Positions 24,469-32,850 of a stretch of DNA of 51,458 nucleotides are shown piece by piece; position 1 is the stretch's first letter, and every line of letters starts with the position of its first letter. The stretch lies in IMG/VR virus record IMGVR_UViG_3300028907_000006, positions 1-51,458 of that record; one strand, given 5' to 3'. The position numbers and the translations under genes are program-made. Source of the stretch: a virus. The notes beneath the pieces were generated by a model. It had not been told where the DNA came from, searched no databases, and worked only from the letters and a program-made list of their open reading frames with translations.

Positions 24469-25821
24469 TTACACCTCCAACAAAGATTCAATCAAATTTT
24501 CATTATCCATTAACGCTTTGTAAATTCTCTCGTCAATTGTTTTCGTTCCAGGAATTTGCGCCATCAAGTAGTAAAATTTTACATTGCGGCGTTGCCCCGG
24601 GCGGTGTAGTCTTTTCTTACTCTGTTTGTACTGCCATAAAGCGTGGGACAGCGTGTAATATATCGCATATCGGGCTTTTGTGAAATCAATCCCTTCTGCC
24701 CCGGCCGCAATTTGTACTACCAACACATCTTTCCAAGAATCAAATTCATCCACTCTTCCAGACACTTCAGCCACATGTTTTCCAAGAGATTTTGCTACCG
24801 AGATTATGTTTTTGATGTCTTTTTTGAATTTAGCAAACACGACTACAGGCTCATCTATTCCTTCTAATATTTCATACAACACCTCCTGTCTGGATTTGTC
24901 TATTTCTTCAACACCTCCTTCTGTAGGCAAATATCCGCTTGTAAGTTGCTGTAATCTGGTTATAAGGGCCAATATATTTCCGGGGTCAACTGCTCCAGAT
25001 TCCAACATTAGACAACCTTCTTTTTGTAACTCTTTATAGTGCTTTTGGGCTATTTTAGACATATCGTAAGGCACTATAATTTCTTGTACTTCTGGTAAAT
25101 CAAGATCGACTTTAGCTGTAAATGCTCGACTTAACATTTTTTCAGTGAGTTCATCCAAATTCTTGTATGGATTCTTCTTGTCTAGCATTAAGAATCCACC
25201 TACCGCCAATACCCAATTGGCGTATCTTTGCTTGAAATCGTTATAGCTAGTTCCAAACACCTTTGGGTCTAGGAATTTGTACTGGCCGTATATATCCAAC
25301 GGAGATTGCGCCAAAGGGGTTCCAGTAGCTATGAACCTGTTGGGAACTGCTTTTCCCAATTGAGCCATGAATTTGGATATTTTTGATCCTGGGGTTTTTA
25401 TTCTGTGACTCTCGTCACATATTACAGCGTCCCATTTCCTTTTCAGCACAAATTGTTTGAATGGTTCTCTCCACACGCTATCGTAGTTGTTTATAACAAC
25501 TTCTACCCCATCAAAATTCTCTTCAGTCAAGTTTTTAAGGACAGCACCAGACTTACTACTGCCTGGAAGATTAGATACATTTATAACTTGTATTTTTTCG
25601 TTAGGTGCGTGCATGGCTATTTGAGGCTCCCAAACTCTACAAACTTTCTTCGGGGCTAATATCAATACACGCTTGAATCCTTTGTTAACTATCAAATCCA
25701 CAATTATTTTGGTTTTTCCTGAACCCATATCCAAAAATAGTGCTCCACAATTTTTATCCATAAGGTATTTTATGGCGGCTATTTGATGAGTCCAAGGTTT
25801 TGTGTGGAATTTAAGTTCCAT
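24469..25821 (-). CDS. SNF2-family (SF2) DNA helicase/translocase
   Basis: LDMGSGKTK (Walker A), ICDESHRIK (DExH) and KRLHRPGQRR (motif VI). Confidence 0.9.
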   Translation of the reverse strand: MELKFHTKPWTHQIAAIKYLMDKNCGALFLDMGSGKTKIIVDLIVNKGFKRVLILAPKKVCRVWEPQIAMHAPNEKIQVINVSNLPGSSKSGAVLKNLTEENFDGVEVVINNYDSVWREPFKQFVLKRKWDAVICDESHRIKTPGSKISKFMAQLGKAVPNRFIATGTPLAQSPLDIYGQYKFLDPKVFGTSYNDFKQRYANWVLAVGGFLMLDKKNPYKNLDELTEKMLSRAFTAKVDLDLPEVQEIIVPYDMSKIAQKHYKELQKEGCLMLESGAVDPGNILALITRLQQLTSGYLPTEGGVEEIDKSRQEVLYEILEGIDEPVVVFAKFKKDIKNIISVAKSLGKHVAEVSGRVDEFDSWKDVLVVQIAAGAEGIDFTKARYAIYYTLSHALWQYKQSKKRLHRPGQRRNVKFYYLMAQIPGTKTIDERIYKALMDNENLIESLLEV

Positions 25822-26095
25822 TATTTATCACCTTTTTAACATCGTTCAAACTTCTAGCCACTAAACATATTGCCCCGGCTTTCTCCCATTTAGCCAAATT
25901 CAGTTGTTGTTTCTTGGTAGGATTTTGCCCCGGCTGTTTGACTTCTATTCTTAGACAGCGACCATTCCAACAGCCATTTATGTCTGGCCTACCGAACTGG
26001 AAGGAATTACCCATCACCTTTTCTGCTACGCAACCAGTTACTCTGTTGTTAAGATATTCGAGAATGGATGCAGTGATGGAAGTCTCAAGTGGCAA
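25811..26095 (-). CDS. VRR-NUC domain nuclease
   Basis: GRPDINGCWNGRCLRIEVKQPG....Q..L.KWEKAGA fits the VRR-NUC PD-(D/E)XK pattern. Pairing with an SNF2 helicase is classic. Confidence 0.75.
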   Translation of the reverse strand: MPLETSITASILEYLNNRVTGCVAEKVMGNSFQFGRPDINGCWNGRCLRIEVKQPGQNPTKKQQLNLAKWEKAGAICLVARSLNDVKKVINNGT

Positions 26096-26418
26096 TTTTT
26101 TACATCTCCTTCCAAATTTTTATCGTCCAGATAATAGTGTGCGAACACTTTTCGAGTGTCGATATTAAACAACTTTTGAACTTCGGGCAAATTCTCGTTG
26201 ATGGCGTCAAACACCAATCCTCTCAAGAAACAAAACTCCACCGCTGAACTCAAATACTCTCCATGCCTACAAGTCCAAAGAATTAGCTTTGCCCCCCGGC
26301 TTTGGAGATTTAGCAATACGTCTATTATAGCCAAATTCGGTTGCCCTATCTCCGGGAATTGATCCTCCACCAATAGCCCGTCAAAATCAATCGCCAGTAT
26401 CAGTGGTAAATTCTTCAT
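26038..26418 (-). CDS. HAD-superfamily phosphatase-like protein (possible deoxynucleotidase)
   Basis: The N-terminal LAIDFDGLLV carries the DxD motif. Small phage HAD architecture. Confidence 0.55.
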   Translation of the reverse strand: MKNLPLILAIDFDGLLVEDQFPEIGQPNLAIIDVLLNLQSRGAKLILWTCRHGEYLSSAVEFCFLRGLVFDAINENLPEVQKLFNIDTRKVFAHYYLDDKNLEGDVKNCHLRLPSLHPFSNILTTE

Positions 26419-26743
26419 TTTCTGAACTCCTTATTTTCTCCACAAGCCAAACTCTCATCCAACCCTGGGCGTCAATCTTTTTCAGTTGTATAAATACATC
26501 AGGGTATATGGCTTGATACTTATCTGCCACGGCAAGTTTTAGCTCCTTGAAGGCTTCTTCGCTCTTGTCTAACTTTATACCAAAATCCATTCTCGCCCAG
26601 TATTCGAGAAGCCCATATAAACTTCCAAAGGCTTCTGCTTGTTTCTTCAACTGAGATTTGTATTCTTCAGGAAGATAGCAAAAATGAGCTTGATACAAGC
26701 CGTCAACAGTCTTAATGGGGTAGTGTATTTTTTTCAACATCAT
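26387..26743 (-). CDS. Hypothetical protein
   Basis: ATGATG at 26743/26740 lies after AAGGAG, inside the 3' end of the ThyA-like gene. The longer ORF-track start at 26803 is unlikely. Confidence 0.45.
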   Translation of the reverse strand: MMLKKIHYPIKTVDGLYQAHFCYLPEEYKSQLKKQAEAFGSLYGLLEYWARMDFGIKLDKSEEAFKELKLAVADKYQAIYPDVFIQLKKIDAQGWMRVWLVEKIRSSENEEFTTDTGD

Positions 26744-27401
26744 TGTCTCCTTCATACAGATGTAACGACCCAGCAATATGCGTGTACGAGCCAAGCTCCA
26801 CACCCAGTTCCATAGCTAATTTTGTTTGCATACAACTGAATGCGAACACGTCATAAGGAAATCCCAACCAAATATCGTTGCTTCTCATATATGTTGTTCC
26901 ATATAAAGCTCCTTCCCGGAGCAAATATTGAAGACAGATCGTACACGGCAAATCTTTTGTTGATATCGGGCTGGGTTCTTTTATGTGTATGATAGCTTGC
27001 CGAGAATTTGGATCCAAGGTGAGAAGTTGTTTAACGTATTCCCATTGGTCGAACATGTACTTGTTGTGTATTCTGTACCCATATGCAGAGTTCAACGTGA
27101 CTCCATCATCGGACATATCTTTCCAAAATTTGGCGTATGGCAATATGTCCGATAGTTTGTTGCTACCAGATAGATACCATAGCAACTCTCCAACAGCGTA
27201 TTTTATAGACATTTTTCTTACTGCCGATTGAAGGATATTGTTCCGGGGCTCAGTCAAGATCGTCACCGCATTTATGACTTCTCCTATGACTGGTTTGTAC
27301 CGGGATTTCATGACTTTTTCTTGAGACAACAGTATTTCGTACCATTCATCCCAGATTTCTGTTATGTTATTTCTCTCCACAACGATTCCAGAATATACCA
27401 T
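26712..27401 (-). CDS. ThyA-fold pyrimidine-nucleotide C5 hydroxymethylase/methylase, predicted dCMP-specific (T4 gp42-like)
   Basis: ELLWYLSGSN, DPNSRQAII, the catalytic Cys in DLPCTICLQY, and MRSNDIWLGFPYD. Compare E. coli ThyA QRSCDVFLGLPFN and T4 gp42 MRSNDVVFGFRND, both recalled from memory. Asp sits where ThyA has Asn177. Confidence 0.7.
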   Translation of the reverse strand: MVYSGIVVERNNITEIWDEWYEILLSQEKVMKSRYKPVIGEVINAVTILTEPRNNILQSAVRKMSIKYAVGELLWYLSGSNKLSDILPYAKFWKDMSDDGVTLNSAYGYRIHNKYMFDQWEYVKQLLTLDPNSRQAIIHIKEPSPISTKDLPCTICLQYLLREGALYGTTYMRSNDIWLGFPYDVFAFSCMQTKLAMELGVELGSYTHIAGSLHLYEGDNDVEKNTLPH

Positions 27402-27414
27402 TACAAATGTCCTC

Positions 27415-27831
27415 CTATTTGGATTTCCAATACACCGGCACTATCAAGGTTCGCTCGAATAGCTCTTTGAATCCTTTTCTGATTTTGTCTACATCCATAT
27501 TCTCCTTTCTTTTAGACAATCTATCTTTTACAACTTTAGTGTCTTCATCCACAAATATGACTTTAGCCCCAAGCTGTATCATGCGTCTTTCCAACCTTGT
27601 TAAATCGGACCAAGTCAATCTTCGGTCGGCGATTTCTTGATACACGAATTGTCCGTAGCAAAATCTGTCTGCAATTATATTATACTCCTTCGACTTGTCT
27701 ATTAGCTCGGAAAAAAATTCATGGTCGTAAGGACAACTGCAATGTACTATTCTAGCCTCAAACAAACCAGCCAAGTTCCGGGCTAATGTGGATTTTCCAG
27801 TCCCATCGCATCCTTCAAGAACCCATAGCAC
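27415..27831 (-). CDS. dNMP (thymidylate-type) kinase
   Basis: The P-loop LEGCDGTGKSTL resembles the thymidylate kinase E-G-x-D-G-x-GK-S/T motif. Adjacent to the ThyA-like gene. Confidence 0.65.
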   Translation of the reverse strand: MLWVLEGCDGTGKSTLARNLAGLFEARIVHCSCPYDHEFFSELIDKSKEYNIIADRFCYGQFVYQEIADRRLTWSDLTRLERRMIQLGAKVIFVDEDTKVVKDRLSKRKENMDVDKIRKGFKELFERTLIVPVYWKSK

Positions 27832-28393
27832 GATGCTTTTCCACCTCTCTCAAGAAATTTGACAACATTCGCTCTCTCTTGACTTTGGATGTATCAACCC
27901 TGATTGTATTGAATCCAGCCTCTCTAAAATATTCCACGCTATTGGTTACAGTTCTCCATTTATTACGGAGTATGGATTCATTTATCGGTTTTCCGCCATT
28001 TCTTTCCAATATTCTTTGGAGACAAACTTCTAGGGGTGGGGCTAATACCAGAATCAAAATGTTCCTGTCTTTATGGTATGGTTTTAGTGTGTCTATCGTA
28101 GGAGCTTTGACTGTTGAAAACATCACTCCTTCCATAAGTATATCGTGTTCTGGAAATTCTTGTACGGCGAACGCTAGAGCATCATTCATAATTTGGAAAT
28201 TCTTGTATCTATCCATACCTCCAGAAGTCTTATTGTATTTTCCAAGAGCTACCCAAGAAATATCCTTGAATACAGTTACTTCTTTGCCTTTATCTCCGAC
28301 AATCTCCCAATTGGAAATTTGTCTCATAGAATTAGGGAATGTGGATTTGCCCGAGCCATTACAGCCCCTAATATTCACCAACATTCTTTTCAA
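27815..28393 (-). CDS. P-loop kinase/NTPase of unknown substrate
   Basis: Walker A IRGCNGSGKSTF in a 192-aa small-kinase-like architecture. Confidence 0.5.
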   Translation of the reverse strand: MKRMLVNIRGCNGSGKSTFPNSMRQISNWEIVGDKGKEVTVFKDISWVALGKYNKTSGGMDRYKNFQIMNDALAFAVQEFPEHDILMEGVMFSTVKAPTIDTLKPYHKDRNILILVLAPPLEVCLQRILERNGGKPINESILRNKWRTVTNSVEYFREAGFNTIRVDTSKVKRERMLSNFLREVEKHRAMGS

Positions 28394-29411
28394 CGCCAGT
28401 CAATCCCTTCTGTATCCAAAGTTTTTTTCTTGCCGGCCTGATACCACGCCATCCTCCCAGTTCTCCTAACATGTGGGGCTCAAACAAGTTCCGTCGAATT
28501 TGAAATATGTTGTCCCATAAATCTCGCTGTTCTGGAAAATTCTCTTGGTAAAACAATAGATTTTCCAACTGGCGGTCGTGATGAAATCCTCCGTACCTTG
28601 CACCCTTGAAAAGATTGCGCCAACTACAAATTTTGTTAACTACAGACATCACTGGTATGGTCTCCAACGGAGCTTCTGCCGCACTTACAACAATTTTCAA
28701 ATACCCATCCAAACGGCGCATATCTCCAGCCGTCACCAATTTCTTTTTGTCGAACAAGTCTGCTTTCTCGTCATGGTAGAATATGTTGAATAGCCCGGAT
28801 GTAAGATTGCTACTGTCTTTCCAGCTGTACCCTCCTCCCATCAACTCCAAGTCTATCAACCCATTATTGTTAAAGGTTGTTATAGCTTCCATGAATAAGT
28901 CCACAGAGAATCTACCCATATACTTCCAAGAATTTAACTCATGCTCTATGGATTGAAAATTGTTCCGGGGGCTATCGCTATTAGCCAAACAATACAGCCA
29001 ATTAGTTGGGTCTTGAGCCGCAACTTCAAGAAACTGAACCATAAGCGGTACAAACCAATCCATATTCTTGACGTATTTTCTGGAGGAGTTGAATACAAGT
29101 TTGTCCTTGTACTTACTCCAGAATTTTTCCAAAGACGTAGTATTTAATTGCCTCAATTTATGGATAGGTATTTTATCCAATAAATATATGGCTGTTATCT
29201 CGCAATAAGTCATAGAGTGTAGCCAAGCCAAGTATATACAATTATCAGAGTCCAAATTGTTTATTACAGCGTATTCTCCAAGCGTCAACGGATCTATGGC
29301 CGGAGCATATTTTTGGTACTCTATGAACTTTTTTAATCTCCAAGGATGTCCTGTATCTCCTGGTATATTCACAATAACACCTCCATATGTAACTGGGGGC
29401 TGAGCCCCCAA
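28368..29411 (-). CDS. Hypothetical protein (334-347 aa), unrecognised family; candidate nucleic-acid-modifying enzyme by context only
   Basis: Long ORF. The likely start is the GTG at 29372, 5 nt after GGAGGTG, because a GGGGGCT/AGCCCCC hairpin (29392-29406) lies in the longer 5' extension. Confidence 0.5.
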   Translation of the reverse strand: MGAQPPVTYGGVIVNIPGDTGHPWRLKKFIEYQKYAPAIDPLTLGEYAVINNLDSDNCIYLAWLHSMTYCEITAIYLLDKIPIHKLRQLNTTSLEKFWSKYKDKLVFNSSRKYVKNMDWFVPLMVQFLEVAAQDPTNWLYCLANSDSPRNNFQSIEHELNSWKYMGRFSVDLFMEAITTFNNNGLIDLELMGGGYSWKDSSNLTSGLFNIFYHDEKADLFDKKKLVTAGDMRRLDGYLKIVVSAAEAPLETIPVMSVVNKICSWRNLFKGARYGGFHHDRQLENLLFYQENFPEQRDLWDNIFQIRRNLFEPHMLGELGGWRGIRPARKKLWIQKGLTGVEKNVGEY

Positions 29412-29416
29412 AAAAT

Positions 29417-29854
29417 CTATTGTTCGTCCCAGTCACCCTCGTCATCTTCCCAGTCCTCATCGGTTTTTGCCGGCTTGGCTTGGGTAGTCAATTTTTTGTA
29501 GGCTAACAACTTCGCTTTGGGGTTTCCATTGTATTCTTCGTGTATGACGTCGATAATGACGGCCTTGCCGACCAGTTTGTCGAGATCAATTGCGACTTTT
29601 CCATCTGCCTTCAAGCCCAGAGCTTCCAAGAACAGCTTCAATTTCCAGAGAGATTTTTCAGTGAGAACAATATTGTCGTAAACAATAGCCCCCACACTGT
29701 TTCCTTTGGTAACTTTGGATTTTACAACCAGCATGTCGTTCCCAGTTGAGGCCACTTTTTCCTCGATAGAATCAATCACCGCAACATGTTGGCCCTCTTC
29801 ACAAAGTACAAATGCTTCTACTCCGGTGAGATCAACTTTGAGCTTTCTTGCCAT
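29417..29854 (-). CDS. DUF669-like ssDNA-binding protein with an acidic C-terminal tail
   Basis: Its position next to a Sak4-like ATPase fits, and the tail DEDWEDDEGDWDEQ is SSB-like. Confidence 0.6.
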   Translation of the reverse strand: MARKLKVDLTGVEAFVLCEEGQHVAVIDSIEEKVASTGNDMLVVKSKVTKGNSVGAIVYDNIVLTEKSLWKLKLFLEALGLKADGKVAIDLDKLVGKAVIIDVIHEEYNGNPKAKLLAYKKLTTQAKPAKTDEDWEDDEGDWDEQ

Positions 29855-30590
29855 TAGTTTTTTCTCCTTTCACCAATTGCATTATTTTGGAGTATGATGG
29901 GTCTAACAACATTTTAGGCAGTTTAACTTGGGCCGGTTTTTGGGTTTTCACCCAATAGTATGGGTTCGGGGCTAAATGAATTGCGTGGCGGCTAATTTCT
30001 TTTGTCGTTCCATCACTCCCTTCAACTTCTTGAGTGACTACAGTTGTGTGTATTCCATAATTCGCCATAGCTTCCAGATATGTCCTTGCTCCCTTACTAA
30101 CATTTGGTCGAACGTCTGGGGTGATTTCATCTTCCATACCTTCTATCGCATCAGTCACTTCGTGGCAAGTAAGGACAACAACTTTTTTGGCTGAGAGCGA
30201 ATGAAGTTTTTTGATGAGCTCCTCCGTATCTGTTTTCAGATCACCCCAATTTTGTTGCGTCATCCTCCTCCCTTTTTTGATAACATTAGAATCAACCCAC
30301 TCATTTACCACCAATGAAAAAGTGTCTACCACAACTGTTTTATACTCTTCATCGGCGGCCAATTCTCCGAGAAGCTGTTTGAACTCGTTGAGATCGTTGA
30401 CTATAACGGCTTTGATCCCTTTGACTTCTCGGATTGTATTTGATCCATTATCTCCTATCCCCACATACAGTAGCGGTTTGGGGAATGTGGATGAAATGTG
30501 AGTTTTGCCCGAACCAGATTTCCCATACACCACCCACAATTGCTTGTGGGCTACACTCTCTATATCCACAGCCGACTCAAGTATTCCCAT
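29832..30590 (-). CDS. Sak4-like / AAA_24 RecA-fold recombination ATPase
   Basis: Walker A VYGKSGSGKT. The ATG at 30590 follows AGGAGCTAGC immediately after the exonuclease stop. Confidence 0.75.
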   Translation of the reverse strand: MGILESAVDIESVAHKQLWVVYGKSGSGKTHISSTFPKPLLYVGIGDNGSNTIREVKGIKAVIVNDLNEFKQLLGELAADEEYKTVVVDTFSLVVNEWVDSNVIKKGRRMTQQNWGDLKTDTEELIKKLHSLSAKKVVVLTCHEVTDAIEGMEDEITPDVRPNVSKGARTYLEAMANYGIHTTVVTQEVEGSDGTTKEISRHAIHLAPNPYYWVKTQKPAQVKLPKMLLDPSYSKIMQLVKGEKTNGKKAQS

Positions 30591-30591
30591 G

Positions 30592-31527
30592 CTAGCTCCT
30601 CTCAACAAAATCCTTCTCTATGATGTAATCCACATCTGCCCCGGAAAATTCTGCATTACAGATTGGTCTGAAGTCACAGAATTTACACTGGCTATTTACA
30701 CATTTAATCTTGTTTTTATCACCTCTTTTCAAAATATCTTTCACCATATACACAAAACTCTCCCAAACAGCGTCTACCATGGGGGGCATTATATCCAATC
30801 GGTGACGGAAAAAATTATTTGGGATATTTTGGCGGTAGTTTTCGGCTTGACTCAATATGTGGGGGTCAACTATGCCTAGCTCCTCGCAAGCTCTGAGCCA
30901 ACTCTGCGGCGTTATTTTACTGGATTGAGCGGCAGAGAATCGCTTTGATTTGACTAACCAAACAGGCTTGTCTGCCGGTCGGCTCCTAATATAATCCCAC
31001 AAAACTTGATTAGGCAATTTCCCAGACATTAGTTGTCTCGCTTTGGCGTATAAACAAACCTGTTGGTTCATTACCAATTCGCTAATGTCGGGGGCATAGG
31101 TGAATGTTTTATGCTCTCCTATTGTACCGTCAGAATATAATTCATCTATCACCCCATTAAACAACACGAGTTCTTTTTTGTATCGGAACAACTCTATGTT
31201 GAATTCTTCTTCGGTTTTCTCTGGGAGTTCGTCTGCCCCCCAGACTTGATTGTAGTCAGAAAATATTGTTTGAATATCATCCAAGTAGTTTTCACCCAAC
31301 TCGCTCTGTTGATCTGATGGAAGAGCATAAAAGTTGTCTTTTATCTCCTCCAAGATCGCTTTTATTTGGTTTGGATCGTTCCTTACTTGAAGGAGTTTGT
31401 GGAAATCTCCTCCAAAAGTAAGTGGACGAACAATTTTTTTAGGCTTGATACATTTTACATATCGAAGCCAATGTTTATAGGGGCAACTCATGAACGAGTT
31501 TATCCGGGAATAGGAGAATGTAATCAT
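30592..31527 (-). CDS. Cas4/RecB-like PD-(D/E)XK exonuclease with a C-terminal Cys cluster
   Basis: N-terminal SYSRINSFMSCPYKHWLRYV and C-terminal CVNSQCKFCDFRPIC (Fe-S-type Cys pattern). Confidence 0.75.
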   Translation of the reverse strand: MITFSYSRINSFMSCPYKHWLRYVKCIKPKKIVRPLTFGGDFHKLLQVRNDPNQIKAILEEIKDNFYALPSDQQSELGENYLDDIQTIFSDYNQVWGADELPEKTEEEFNIELFRYKKELVLFNGVIDELYSDGTIGEHKTFTYAPDISELVMNQQVCLYAKARQLMSGKLPNQVLWDYIRSRPADKPVWLVKSKRFSAAQSSKITPQSWLRACEELGIVDPHILSQAENYRQNIPNNFFRHRLDIMPPMVDAVWESFVYMVKDILKRGDKNKIKCVNSQCKFCDFRPICNAEFSGADVDYIIEKDFVERS

Positions 31528-31563
31528 TATTCTCCTCCTCTCATATTAAATTGGTTATGTAAA

Positions 31564-31581
31564 GGCCAACTTGCGTTGGCC
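31564..31581 (-). terminator. Hairpin (GGCCAAC-loop-GTTGGCC), possible attenuator/terminator
   Basis: A 7-bp perfect stem just downstream of the 31590 stop. On the minus strand it is followed by TTTACATAACC. Confidence 0.35.
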
Positions 31582-31589
31582 CAGGCGAA

Positions 31590-32015
31590 TTATTTGCCTT
31601 TTTTGGCAGGGGCTTTTTTCTTGGCCGGAACGATGGGCTCAATTTCTTCAAAATCATCGTCATCATCGTCGTCATCATCGTCAAAATCATCTTCTTCTTC
31701 TTCTTCGGTTTCTTCTTCTACAGGCTCAGGGGCTTTTTTGGCTTCTTTCTTGGGCTTGGCCTCTTTCTTGGGCTTGGATCCACGAACCACTACCGGGGGG
31801 GCATCAGCCAGAGACACGATTCTGTTGGCAAATCTGGGGTTTTTCGGGTCGATTTGAAGCCCAGTTTTCCTGTCAAATTTGAGCTCGGTGCCATCGGCTT
31901 TCTCTATGGCGATTTCTGTCTTGGTTACAGATTTCACCGGATATTCTTTGCCGATTCGCATACCTGTAAACCCAATGATAGCCACCATTTCACCTTTCTT
32001 CAAACTTGAGAACAT
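31590..32015 (-). CDS. Hypothetical protein: KNPRFAN-motif domain + Lys-rich linker + poly-Asp/Glu tract + Lys-rich tail
   Basis: The N-terminal domain is shared with the C-terminus of 34465..34956. The acidic run is EEETEEEEEDDFDDDDDDDDDDFEE, flanked by KPKKEAKPKKEAKK and KKKAPAKKGK. Confidence 0.6.
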   Translation of the reverse strand: MFSSLKKGEMVAIIGFTGMRIGKEYPVKSVTKTEIAIEKADGTELKFDRKTGLQIDPKNPRFANRIVSLADAPPVVVRGSKPKKEAKPKKEAKKAPEPVEEETEEEEEDDFDDDDDDDDDDFEEIEPIVPAKKKAPAKKGK

Positions 32016-32048
32016 GTTTTCTTCCTCCTTTAATTATTTGATAATTCT

Positions 32049-32077
32049 ATTATATCTGTTTGCTTTGAAAAAGTAAA
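32049..32077 (-). promoter_or_regulatory. Early promoter P7 (TTTACT-N17-TATAAT)
   Basis: On the plus strand, attata lies at 32049-32054 and agtaaa at 32072-32077 with a 17-nt spacer. Upstream of 31590..32015. Confidence 0.5.
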
Positions 32078-32085
32078 GATCAATT

Positions 32086-32406
32086 TTAGCTGGATACTGT
32101 GGTGTTTAGCCATGAGGAGTATAGAATTGTTGATCCTGTAATGTCTGATGAAGTTCCTCCTTGATAAGTTATAGCGGTAGATGTGGATGTGTAGGTTATT
32201 CCTACTGTTATATTTGTGTATTGCCGATTTTGCCTTGGGTCTTGCCCCCACCTTTGGTCTGTAATAACTCCTCCTTTCACCACCCGGTAATGCTCGTGGC
32301 CGCATTTGGGGCACTCTAGTTTGTATTCTCCGTCCACAGAGAGATCGAGATCAAATTGGACGTACCCGCCACATTCGTGGCAATACAACTCTTGGCGTTC
32401 TTTCAT
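32086..32406 (-). CDS. Zinc-ribbon protein with a Ser/Thr-rich tail
   Basis: CHECG...CPKCG. Confidence 0.5.
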   Translation of the reverse strand: MKERQELYCHECGGYVQFDLDLSVDGEYKLECPKCGHEHYRVVKGGVITDQRWGQDPRQNRQYTNITVGITYTSTSTAITYQGGTSSDITGSTILYSSWLNTTVSS

Positions 32407-32419
32407 AACCTCGCTCCTT

Positions 32420-32677
32420 TTACAAAGACTTTATTCTACTCAGCAACTTTTGTAGATCATCATCGGTCAAATTTTTGACTACATCCTTGGCTACAGGGTT
32501 GCAAAAGTCTATCATCCAGCTCCATATGGATTCGCCATAAAATTCTATCGCTGTAAGCTCCCACCGCCCTTCGCTGTTGCTGTATACGTTGGCCCCATAG
32601 CCATTAGCAAATCGGTACACTCTTTGTAATTTATCTGGTCTAATTGGACTGAGTCTCTCCAAACACGGTCGTATCAT
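32420..32677 (-). CDS. Hypothetical protein (85 aa)
   Basis: ORF on the early strand with ATGA-type overlap to its upstream neighbour. Confidence 0.5.
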   Translation of the reverse strand: MIRPCLERLSPIRPDKLQRVYRFANGYGANVYSNSEGRWELTAIEFYGESIWSWMIDFCNPVAKDVVKNLTDDDLQKLLSRIKSL

Positions 32678-32850
32678 TTTTGCCCTCCCAACTCCATCTC
32701 AAGTTGGATTATTTTTTGGGTTTGATGTTGGATAGTAAAGTATATGGCTACATCTATCAGCCCAACCAGGAGTATAGCGGCCAGCATAACGGCCAAAAGT
32801 CTTTGTTCTAGGCGACACATACGTGCCGCCCAGCGTTCGTTGCTAGTCAT
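32674..32850 (-). CDS. Small membrane protein (58 aa)
   Basis: ATG at 32850 after GAGGAGGAG, with a TAATG overlap to the upstream stop. TM helix LLAVMLAAILLVGLIDVAIYF. Confidence 0.45.
   Translation of the reverse strand: MTSNERWAARMCRLEQRLLAVMLAAILLVGLIDVAIYFTIQHQTQKIIQLEMELGGQK

Noticed and set aside
23631-24683. 350-aa plus-strand ORF
   Set aside because: It runs antisense across five well-supported minus-strand genes with RBSs (membrane protein, dockerin-like protein, SNF2 3' end). It has no RBS and an implausible composition (Cys/His/Ile/Leu-rich and low complexity).
29392-29406. GGGGGCT-C-AGCCCCC hairpin as a terminator between the SSB-like gene and the 334-347-aa orphan
   Set aside because: The T-run precedes the stem on the transcribed (minus) strand and an A-run follows on the plus strand, so it is not a canonical terminator in either direction. 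I used it only as an argument for the downstream GTG start.
31366-31857. 163-aa and 103-aa plus-strand ORFs with poly-Ser / poly-His-Arg tracts
   Set aside because: They are antisense reading frames of the GAT/GAA-rich acidic tract of 31590..32015, which has its own promoter and RBS. They are low-complexity artefacts.
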